Assembly: GCF_963921235.1 (NCBI RefSeq)
Contig: NC_086097.1
Location: forward strand, 180,608,001-180,672,000
Origin: Mobula hypostoma
Taxonomy: Eukaryota
Direction of reading: 5' to 3'
Length of the DNA stretch: 64,000 nucleotides
The notes below the pieces were generated by a model. That model made no database searches. It had not been told where the DNA came from and saw only the letters and a list, made by a program, of their open reading frames with translations. Shown here one piece after another: positions 12,169-22,444 of this stretch (position 1 is the first letter of the stretch; each line of letters begins with the position of its first letter). Position numbers and translations under genes: made by a program.

Positions 12169-12692
12169 GGTGTCTGGGGTGTCTAGGGAGGGGTAGCACC
12201 TCTGGTGGGGGGGCCTGCCGTGCCCTTTTCAGGGCAGCTCGCCCACCTTTGGTCCCCACCTAGCACTCAGCTCTCACCTGTGGCTCCAAGTAGCTGTAAC
12301 ACACGCAATGGCCACACCCTGGTAAACCGTCTGGGCAGGTGGGCCAATCCAGGTGAGGGTAGCCGATGGGTCTTCGACCCCCGGTGAGGTAGGGGATCTG
12401 CCTATCCCAGCGTGTGAAGTCTGGCCCTGGCAGATTGAGCGGAAGAGACCGATTAATGGTCCAACGGTCAAGGAGGCAGGCCAGCAGGCGTTGTGGAGCA
12501 CTAAGAGCACAACAAGGCACTTAGATGTCCTGGTCATCCACTGCAAGAGGTGGTGATCTCTTTAAACTCACCCGGCAGAAGGCAAAGGCAAACCACAGCT
12601 GTATCTACCACGTACATGATTTCCCAATATGTCAGAGCGGCATGGAGGGAAATCACTTGCCAAGTGGAAATTCCAGATGCGACCTACGACGA
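12169..12692 (+). mobile_element. Non-autonomous RTE-related SINE-like element, second copy with a different 3' module
   Basis: Perfect 13-bp TSD ATAGTAACTTGGG (12156-12168, 12693-12705); 5' ~370 bp homologous to the 10815 copy; ACGACGA tail. Confidence 0.7.
12176..12359 (+). ncRNA. HDV-like self-cleaving ribozyme (predicted), copy 2
   Basis: P1 GGGGTGT/ACACCCT (G-U at the cleavage site); same P2 and P3; L3 TCCAAG; GG-TAAA; P4 CCGTCT/AGGTGG; J4/2 GCCAA (C at 12344). Confidence 0.68.
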
Positions 12693-12789
12693 ATAGTAAC
12701 TTGGGTCTTACACTGTACTTCTGTTGCAAAGCTACAAATTTCATGAAATATGTCAGTGATAGTAAACACCATTATCATAGCTGCCTCCA

Positions 12790-13230
12790 CCACCGATAGC
12801 CCATTTCAGGCAACCACTATACGGTGTAAAAACAACTTGCCCCACACATCTCCTTTAAACTTTTCTCTCTTTCACCCTAAAAGCAAGTCCTCTAGGGTTA
12901 GACATTTCCACACTGAGAAAAAGATTCTGACTGTTTACTCTATGCCTCTCATAACTTTACAAACTTCTATCTGGTCTCCCCTCAGCCTCTGACACTCCAG
13001 AGAAACAAGCCCAGTTGTCCAACCTCTCCTTATAGTACATGCCCTCTAATCCAGGCAGCATCCTAGTGAACCTCTTTTGCACCCTCTCCAAAGCCTCCAC
13101 ATCCTTCCTGTAATGGGGCAACCAAAACTGTACAAGATACCCCATGCGTGGCCTAATCAAAGTGTATACAACTGCAACGTAACTTCCTGACTCTTATACT
13201 CGAAGCCCCTACCGATGAAGCAAGCATGCA
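12790..13230 (-). mobile_element. CR1 3' fragment
   Basis: VQFWLPHYRKDVEALERVQKRFTRMLPGLEG. Confidence 0.8.
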
Positions 13231-15409
13231 CTTTTTCACCTTCATAAACCTTTTCCAAAAAAAAACCGGCTACAGAAAATGGTGGATACAGGCCAGTCCA
13301 TCATAGGCAAAGCTGTCTTCACTAGTGGGTGTGGAGCACTGCCACAACAAAGTAGCATCCATCACCAGGGCCTACCACAACACAGGCCGTGCCTGTTTCG
13401 CCCTACTACCATCACCAGGGTCAGGAACAGTTATTATCCTGCAAACATCAGGCTCCTGAATCAGCATGGATAACTTCAACCATCACGACTCCGAACCAGT
13501 TATGTGACCAACAGACTCAGTCGCAAGGTTTCTTTACAACTTATGTTCTCGGTGTTATTTTTCATTGTATAGTCTGTCTTCTTTTCCTCATTGGTATTTG
13601 TCGGCTTTTGTCTGCTCACATATAGTTTTTTGTAAAATTTTATTGTATTTCTTTTTCCCCCTGTAAATACCTGCAAGAAAAGAATCTTAAAGTAGCATAT
13701 GGGGGTAACGTACATTTACGAGTAGGGGCAGATCATTAAGGACATTTAAGAGAGTCTTGGTTAGGCACATGGATGAAAGAGAAATGGAGGGCTATGTGGG
13801 AGGGAAGGGTGAGATGATCTTGCAGTAGGTTAAAAGGTCGGCACAACGTTTTGGGCCAAAGGGCCTGTATTGTGCTCTACTGTTCTATGATTTATATACA
13901 CACACACACACACACACTCCTTGATAATAAAAATTACTTTGAACCCTATCTACCTGTTTTGCTACTTTCATAGAGTTATGGCCTTGAATCTCAAGACCCC
14001 TCTGCAAATCAGCGCTATTAAGGGTCCTGCCATTTACTGTGTCCATTACATTTCCAACAGGCTGGATAACAAGACTTTTGCTTGAAGCTGACGGCACGCT
14101 GACTACACACACCACCCACCTGTTCACTCCAGCTGCCCTTGCTCCGTGCCATCCAGGGTGGAATCGGGGTGGCATATCCAGGTTTTCTCTGAGCCTTGCT
14201 CAGAGCCAGTGAGAGGTTGAAGTTATTGGGACCCCAGGTATAATGGGGATGGGTAGAGAGTTTGCCCGGGTTACCTGGGGTAGGTGCCGTGGGTGGCTAC
14301 CAGCCACTGTCTCTTCTGCACCACTCCCATCAGTCCTGTAATGCAAATCTAAACTGAATTCACTGCTTGCTCTTGCTGAATGACCCTTCCTACCACTCCC
14401 GACCCTCCCCCTCTCAGTTATTAATCAGCAGGAATCACTCTGTATTTCAATAGACAGTAGCCGCAGGGACTCTCAGGTTTCCAAATCTGATACAGCCCAA
14501 AGCTCTTTGAGAGGCTGGAGATAGAAACTAAAGCCTGACCATTGATCGGAGTCAGAAATCAGAGAGGAAAAGGCAAAGCAAGGTCGTCTGCACTCATCGG
14601 GGGGGGGGGGGACAGGGGAGGGGAGGGATTGATTCTCTCTGTGGGGGGTGTGTGTGTGTGAGTGTGTGTGAATGTGTGTCCCTCTCTCTCCCTCTCTCTG
14701 TGCCTATGTGAGTGTGCATGTCTTTTTAACTGTGTCTACGGTGTGTCTATATACACTTGTGTTTCTCTGTGATTGTATTAAAATACATATACATATTTTT
14801 CTAGGTCTGTGTAGCTTCTGCATACATGAGAGTCTCTATAAGTGTGAGTGTTTGCTTGTGACCCTCTGTGTTCATGTCAGCTTATGTGTTGAAATCTGTC
14901 AGAGATGAGCATCATTTGACTGAGTAACATCTTGGAGCCGTGGGGAACCCAGTCAGTGGAATCAAACAAAACCACCTCCCCTCCCCCACAAAGCCCCATC
15001 ATGGTTGTAGCACACTAAGTGAAATGATCATTGGACATCAGTCATCCAGCCCGGACAAATACCTGAGCTATACTCTGCTGGAGAGGCAGCACTGTGGGTT
15101 CACCAACACAGCTGAGAGAAATAGGCCATTCGGCCCCTCAAGCCAGCTGCCTATCCAATGATATTGGCTAATCTGATTGTAACATCATCTCACAATCCCT
15201 TTTCACTCCTTGCTTATCAAGTTTCTCGCTCTGCATTAAATACACCCAGAGACGCTGCTTCCACCACTCTTGAAGAGAGTTCCAGAGGCTCTTCACACTC
15301 AACTCACAATGTCGCAAATTGATCGTTAAGCCAGTCCTAGATTCTCCCCTAACCCACCCCGTCAGTCCCACTCAGTCAGAATTCCTGTCCCTCACTACTG
15401 TACTCACCG

Positions 15410-15810
15410 GAATTCAGAAGAATGAGAGGAAATCTTACAGAAACATAAAATTATGCATGGGATAGATAAGATAGAGACAGGAACGTTGTTTCCTCTGATA
15501 GGTGAGACTAAAACTAGGGGACATAGCTTCAAGATTCGGGGAGTAGATGTAGGACGGAGATGAGGAACTGCTTTTCTCAAAGAGTGGTGAATCTGTGGAA
15601 TTCTCTGCCCAATGAAGCAGTGGAGGCTACCTCAGAAAATATATTTAAGACAAGGTTGGATAGATTTTTGCATAGTGAGGGAATTAAGGGTTATGGGGAA
15701 AAGGCAGGTAGGTGAAGATGAGTCTATGGCTAGATCAACCATGATCTTATTGACTGGCAAAGCAGGCTAGACGGGCCAGATGGCCTAGTCCTGCTCCTAT
15801 TTCTTATGTA
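15410..15810 (+). mobile_element. CR1 3' fragment
   Basis: RGHSFKI..QRVVNLWNSLP-type end and CR1 3' UTR ending cctgctcctatttcttatg. Confidence 0.75.
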
Positions 15811-17699
15811 CTAAACTCCAACACTTACAAGCACAATCTGTCCAACCTTCCCCCATAACTCAGTGTCCAGTATAGGAAACCTTCTCCCAACTGCTCCCAG
15901 TGAATTTAAATCCCCTTTTTTTTTCCAGAGAAGGAGCCCAATCCTGTACTTCAAATGCCAGCTCTGGTCTCACCAATGCTCCATATAACTGAAGCATATC
16001 CTCCCTACTTTTGTTTACAATTCTCTGGGTTCGGCCTGAAACTATCCACAGCCCAGCACATTAAGGAAACCAGCCTCCCCTCCATGGACTCTGTAAAGTG
16101 GCCAGCATAACTAAAGACCCCAACCCACTACAGACATTCTCTCTCCTCCTCCCCCTCCTGTCACCCACTGGGCATAAGATATAAAAGCCTAAAAGCACAC
16201 ACCACTAGGCCCAAATACAGTATACATCCCACTGTTGTAAGACTATTGAACAGAGCTCTTGCTCAGTAAGGATGAACTCTTGATATCTCAATCTATCTTT
16301 GTGGCCCTTGCACCTTATTGTTTGCCTGCACTGCATTTCTCTGTAACTGTGACACTACATTCTGTCATTTTTCTTTACGTATGGAATGATCTGTCCAGAC
16401 AGCATGCAAACAAATTATTCTCACTGTACTTTGGTACACATGACAATAATAAACCAATTTCAATTAAACAATTACATCCTGTTAATTTTCCTAAATACTC
16501 GCTAAACCTACGCTTCACATTTTGTGGATCTTGCACTGGAGTATCCAGATGACACACCATTCATCACATCTTACCGACCAGCAAACAACCCATTTATAGC
16601 CCGTCTCCTGTTCACCACTCAGTCCTTCGTACAAACATCACAGTACCTCTGACGTCATTGGCTTTTATTGTTCAGAATAACCTCTGATGTGGCAATACCG
16701 CTTTCTTCAAATCCATCAGTGGGTCCCACTAGTTCCCAATTCCCAAACAGATCTCATCATCAGTGAGTTTACTATCCAGTCTGCAAACTGCCACACACAG
16801 GGTACACTCAGAGGATTTGACTTACACACACTCACACATAGTTTACAGGGTATGACACTGGGATACTCACATAGGTTCTCTCTCACACACAGATGCACAT
16901 ACACACAGAAGCATGTAACCACAGAATGAATTTGCTACATCGATCTACTCTCCTGTCCTTCACAGATTTGCTCAGTTACATTCCCCCAGACCCTCTCCAT
17001 CACCACCCTGCAAACAAACGCTAAACCATTCCCTTCCGAACCCCATGCTCATTGAGTCTCATGACAGATGTCCCCTTCACCCATCACCTAGTACTGTCTC
17101 ACTGACAGACAGATTCTCTACCCCACAAATTCCCTCTCCCATTCTTTCCCTCTTTCCAAGTTTCCATTGAATCAACCCTTCCAGGGAGCAGGTCACAGAT
17201 CCCAGAAAACCATTAGCCCCCACTCCTTCAGGTCATCCTCTGATTCCCTCTACTGGTTGCCTTCACCCTCCCTCCCCTCCACTTCAACCATAATCCTCCT
17301 ACCTCTGATCCCACAGTTGCAAAGGTCTCAATGATGTCTTCCCTGAACCTGTTTCAACTCAACGAGGGTTAGGAAATGGGAACAGCCAGCCAGAGATGTA
17401 CTAGTGAATGCTTATTCATAGCCAGGATGTCACAAAGCATATGAACAGCACAAAAATAGGCCCTTTGGCTATCAGTTATTCTAACCTTCAAATACCCTTC
17501 TATAGCACCCACTGTGCAAGTCCTGCCAAGGTGCATCACCTCTCACGTTGGGATTACATTTCATCTCTCAGCACAGATTGTAACCCAAGACAACCCTCCT
17601 CATTATCCACATCAGTACTAATTGGTAACCCAACCCATCACGGCCTACAGTCACATCAGGATATTTGCCTTTGCCGAATTCACTGTCCGCACTGGGGTA

Positions 17700-18410
17700 G
17701 TAAAAGGAATAAAGGTAAATTCAGAAATCGGAGCTGCGAGGAGACTTGGAAGTCCTAGTGCATGATTCCCTAAAGGTTAATTTGCAGATTGAGTCATTAG
17801 TAAGGGACAGCGAATGCAATGTTAGCATTCATCTCCAGAGGACTAGAATATAATGCTGATGCTTTAGAAGGCACTGGTGAGGTCTTACTTGAAATATTGT
17901 CAGCAGTTTTGGGCTCCTTATCTAAGAAAGGTTACGTTGGCATTGGAGAGCGTCCGGAGGAGGTTTATGAGAATGATTCTGGGAATGAAAGGGTTAACAT
18001 ATGAGGAGCTTTTGATGGCTCTGGGCCTGTACTCAAAGGTGTTTAAAAATGAAGGAAGATCTCATTGAAACTTACTGAACACTGAAAGGCCTAGGTAGAG
18101 TGGAGAAGTAGTTTCCAGTCACAGGAGAGTCCAGGGCCAGAGGACACAGCCCCAGATTACAAAGATGCCCCTTTAGAACAGAAATGATGACAAATTTCTT
18201 GAGCTAGAGGGTGGTGAATCTGTGGAATACATTGCCACAGATGGCTGTAGAGGCTAAGTTATTGGGTATATTTAAAGCAGAAGTTGATAAGGGTACAGGG
18301 AGAAGGCAGGAATGGGTTTGAGAGGGAAAATAAATATGCTATGATCGAATGGCAGAAGAGATTCAATAGGATGAATGGCCTAATCCTGTTCCTATTTCTC
18401 ATGGGTCTCA
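17700..18410 (+). mobile_element. CR1 3' fragment
   Basis: MLAFISRGLEY, YCQQFWAPYLRK, CR1 3' UTR. Confidence 0.8.
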
Positions 18411-18621
18411 GCTCCTCTCTGGCAGAGGAAGAGACCATAATACTATAGATGGCCCCTATCCCAACTCCACAGCACCAATCCATCAAACCCTCAAGACTGG
18501 AGGTCTGTGCCCCTGGATCTGACAGTAGTTCGCACTATACCCACCCCTCAGGACAGGAGGGCAGGGCAACTGTGGAAAGATCCGCCTGTGATGTGCCCCC
18601 CCCCCAACCCCGCTAACTCAC

Positions 18622-19140
18622 TGCGGTGAAATCCTCGATTGTGCACTCTTCACCGCGGTACTTGCAGTCGAGCAGCATATCAGAAATGTCGTGTCCTGCC
18701 CGGTCGAAGAGCTCAGTCATGTCATACGTCCTGGTGGGGAGGAAGCGGGACAGGTCGGAGTCCTGCCCGATGGCTTGCAGGAAAGCAGAGAAGTCAGATG
18801 GCTGGACCCCCAGCAAGGAGCCCAGCCAGTACACATCGTTCTGGTCTAGGCGAGACTTGCGGAAGCTGTTCTGATTGCAGAGGGTGATGGCGGGGAACAC
18901 CATGTTGGAGCTGTCCAACTCGTCCAGGGTGGTGACATGGTGGTACTGGATATAGTAGTCCACACGGTCGGCCACCTGGTAAAGGAAGGAGGCCAGTGAC
19001 AGCAGGAAGGCGAGCAGCCACAGCAACCGGCGCAGGGTCACACCGCCCGGCAGGAAGATGTGGCTCACGCCATGTAGCGTGCTACCTTCCGCAAAGACGG
19101 TGATGTCTGATGGCTTCCTCTCTTCCTCCGGCAGCCCCAT
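18622..19140 (-). CDS. ASIC3: Acid-sensing ion channel, proximal first coding exon (ASIC3-like; 173 codons)
   Basis: ATG at 19140 (AGGATGG) with in-frame upstream TAA at 19159-19161. PEEERKPSDITVFA, STLHGVSH, FLYQVADRV, HHVTTLDE, FPAITLCN, SRLDQNDVYWLGS, FLQAIG and FLPTRTYDM..FDRAGHDISDMLLDCKYRG match recalled mammalian ASIC3 signatures. Phase-0 donor GCA|GTGAGT at 18622/18621. Confidence 0.9.
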
Positions 19141-19339
19141 CCTGCTGCCCGCAGAGAGTTAAGCTCCGTCCCTGACAAGGAAGTGTCTTACTATGGGCTC
19201 ACACTGACAACAGCAGAGAGAGGGAGTGAGCTGTCCCTGTGGGCCAGCCTGGGCTCGGGTTACAGCCAGCCAGAGACTTTCATAGATAGAGGGAGGGGGG
19301 AGAAGAAAGGGCTGGAAGACGGTTCTGGTTTGGTGGGAG

Positions 19340-19505
19340 ATTGTGTGTTTGGGGGGGGAGAAAGGAGGGGGGTGAGAGAGGAGGAGTGGGGGAGGAAGGG
19401 AGAGTGGGGAGGGGAGAGGGGGAGGGGGAGAGAGGAGGGGAGGGAGAGGAGGGGGGTGAAAGGATGGGGGGTGAAAGGTGGGGGAGAAAGGGGGGGTGAG
19501 GGGGG
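19340..19505. repeat. Polypurine G-tract upstream of the proximal ASIC exon (putative promoter, G4/H-DNA potential)
   Basis: About 165 bp of mostly G/A with many G4-G7 runs, 200-360 bp upstream of the ATG at 19140. Confidence 0.7.
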
Positions 19506-19662
19506 TAACTGTGGATCTTCCCAACATTAACAGGGGATGTTGATATGCTCAGTAATATGCTCATAATCGTAACAAATTGCAGAGGATACATGAAGGGAAA
19601 CTCAGAAGTTGCAGAGGAGCCCAAAATTACCAGTGACAGACAAGAATACAGAGAAAGCCCCA

Positions 19663-19887
19663 CACACAAAAAACACAAAAAATGCTGGTGAGCACAGCAG
19701 GCCAGGCAGCATCTATAGGAAGAGGTAGAGTCGACGTTTCGGGCCAAGACCCTTCGTCAGTCCTGACGAAGTCCGAAACGTTGACTGTATCTCTTCCTAT
19801 AGATGCTGCCTGGCCTGCTGCGTTCACCAGCATTTTTTGTGTGTGTTGCTTGAATTTCCATCATCTGCAGATTTCCTCGTGTTTGCG
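19663..19887. mobile_element. Palindromic (head-to-head) Penelope terminal-repeat insertion
   Basis: Two inverted ~80-bp copies of the hammerhead-bearing terminus meet at 19760-19763; perfect 13-bp TSD AGAGAAAGCCCCA (19650-19662, 19888-19900). Confidence 0.85.
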
Positions 19888-20906
19888 AGAGAAAGCCCCA
19901 AGGCAGTTTAAAATATTAAAAGCAAGAGGAAAAGGTGATGGTATTTTTGAAGTACTGTACTTCCAGGAGAGGGGTTTGAGCAAGTCCATGAAGAAGGGGC
20001 AGTTCCAGGGAATGAAGCTGGGTGAGTATTGGAAGTATCTGTGCGTGAGAATTTTGGGGAAAAAATATACGTAAGTTTCAAGGTAGTGTCGGAACTGGAG
20101 AAAGGTTGTCTGGAAATGAAGGTAGGCTGATTTCAGCATTAAAACCAGGAACTGGCAAATAGACTGGGAGCAGCAACCTGCAGTCAAGTCTACATCTGGC
20201 TTGCTGGAGTCTTTTAAAAGTAAGCAGCCAGAATTCAGGGCCAAAGGCAAGGAAAGCCATTGAAGGGAATTTTGGATGTCAAGAGTTAATAAAGGGAAGC
20301 ACATGGCAGGGTGAGAGTACTGGAAACAATTCACGCTCCTCAGAATTGTAGAGTGTGCAAGGAAGTAATTAATGAAGAAATTAGGAGGGCAATGAGGGAC
20401 AAATTATCACTGGCAAACAAGATTAAGGAAAATTCCAAGATAATTTACAAGTATACTAAGAGCAAGACGGTAACCTAACCAGAGAAACAGTGGAGCCTGT
20501 AGGGACCAAAGGAGCTGTGTGTGTTGTACCAGAGGATATGGGTGAGGTTTGAAATGAATGCTTCTCATCTGTATTCACTAAGGAGAAAAGGACTGTACTT
20601 GCAAACTTCACAGATATTCTAAAGTTTGTTAGTGTTATATAGGTATTAAATGTTTTAGTAAACACTTTAAATCATCATTAACTGCAGGGAGGTGCTAGAT
20701 GACTGAAGGACTGAATATGTGGTACCTTTATTTGAGGGCAGCAGCAAAAAGCTGTATAATTACCGGCCAGTGAATCTGATGTCACTGTAAAGTCATTGTA
20801 AACATTTCTAAGAAGCAGGATTAATCCGGTTAGAAAGGTATGGAAAAGTCATAGATGGTCAACATTATTTTGTTGGGGTGGGAGAGACTATGTTTGAGTG
20901 ACTTGA

Positions 20907-21100
20907 GCAACACACACAAAATACTGACAGTTGATGTTTCAGGCCAAAACCCTTCAGTAGGACTGAAGGGTCCTGCCTAAGAGTTTCGGCCCGAAACATC
21001 AACTGTCCTCTTTTGCAAGACGCTGCCTGGTCTACTGAGTTCCTCCAGCAGTTTGTGTGTGTTGCTTGGATTTCTGGCATTCGCAGATTTTCTCTTGTTT
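20907..21100. mobile_element. Older inverted Penelope terminal-repeat insertion
   Basis: Inverted gacagttgatgtttcaggcc.../...ggcccgaaacatcaactgtc; flanking duplication GAGTGA(C/T)TTGA. Confidence 0.65.
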
Positions 21101-22139
21101 GAGTGATTTGATTGAGTTTTTTGACAAGTTAACAAAATACTTATTTTAAAAAAAGGATCTAGTGCTTTAAGGAAAAAACATACAACATGAATGGTAGGGT
21201 CCTCGAACCTATTGAGGAATAGTGGGACTTTGGTATACAAGTTCATAGATCCATAAAAATAAGCACATATAGATAAACAGCGATGAAGGTGTCTAGGATA
21301 CTTACAAACCAGGTATTGGTAAAAGGGATTAATATGGATGGGTACTTCAAAATCAGAATCATGTTTAGTGTTGTCATCTTGTATAATATAAATTTTATTC
21401 TTTTGCAGCAGCAGTACAGGGCAAAGGCATAAAATAACTACAAATTATAAATTACATATATAGTGCATAAAAAGGAATAATGAGGTAGTTAGCACGGACA
21501 GGGTGGGCTGTAAGGCCTGTTCCTGAGCCGTATGACTCGACGACACTAAAACACCAGTTCTGATGCCACTGACTCAGTCTGAGGCCGGTTCATTGGCTAT
21601 ATTTAAGAGGGAGTTAGATATGGCCCTTGTGGCTACGGGGATCAGGGGGTATGGAAGGAAGGCTGGGGCAGGGCTCTGAGTTGGAGGATCAGCCATGATC
21701 ATAATAAATGGCGGTGCAGGCTCGAAGGGCCGAATGGCCTACTCCTGCACCTATTTTCTATGTTTCTATGTTTCCCTTCCCACAGATGGTGCCGGACCTC
21801 TGGGGATTTCCAGCAACTGCTGTGTCCTCACATTTCCTTTCCCCATCCCTTCAGATGCTCCTTAATGCACTGTTCCTCCAGCAGATTGTGTATCACTCCA
21901 GATTCCAGCATCCACAGTTTCTAAAAGCCAAACTGTTTCTCTCTCTCTCTATAGATGCTGCCTGGCCTGCTGAGTGTTTCCAGCAATGTTGCCACCACTG
22001 ATTTTACTTACTATTTCTCACTGTAGATCATCAACTGGAGACCTAACACGGTCATTCCCTGCGGGGAACAAAGACCGGTCATGCAAACAGGAAAAATTAG
22101 TTATCTGAAAATGGCAGTCTCCAAGTCAAAAGTACAGGT

Positions 22140-22440
22140 AGATACTGTTCCCTCACTGTATAACACCGGGGTACCGTTTTCACTGGGATACAGTACCAGT
22201 GGGGATGGGTCTGTTGCTGCATAACAGAACTGGTGGGGATGGGTTTGTCAGTATATAACAGCTGGTATAGTACCATTGGCGACAAGTCTGTCACTAGGGT
22301 ACAGTACCAGGGGGACAGGTCTGTCACTAGACACTGAGTTTCAGTAACAGTGCAGTCCAATCTGTCGCTGCATAACACCAGGGTATAGTACAGGAATGGA
22401 TAGGTCTGTCACTGTATAGACTGAGGCACAGTACTGGTAG
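22140..22440. repeat. 44-bp minisatellite, degenerate block 1
   Basis: Diverged units of ctgtcactgtataacactggggtacagtaccagtggggacaggt. Confidence 0.75.
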
Positions 22441-22444
22441 GGAC

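Larger units (their letters stand above)
10200..12770 (+). mobile_element. Rex1/Babar LINE, decayed; host of both ribozyme-bearing SINEs
   Basis: LQFVYCHNKSTVDAISLAL, VRLKFIDY, PQGYVLSPLLY, FSNDTT, VERVSSFKFL. Confidence 0.8.

Noticed and set aside
1..18600. Downstream shared ASIC exons (FTRYGKCYTFN etc.)
   Set aside because: Not found by eye or in the ORF track. They probably lie left of the window, though a short exon could have been missed.
19730..19790. Functional hammerhead cleaving the ASIC pre-mRNA
   Set aside because: The minus-strand copy lost the 5' strand of stem I at the inversion junction. The intact hammerhead and HDV-like motifs in the intron are antisense to ASIC.
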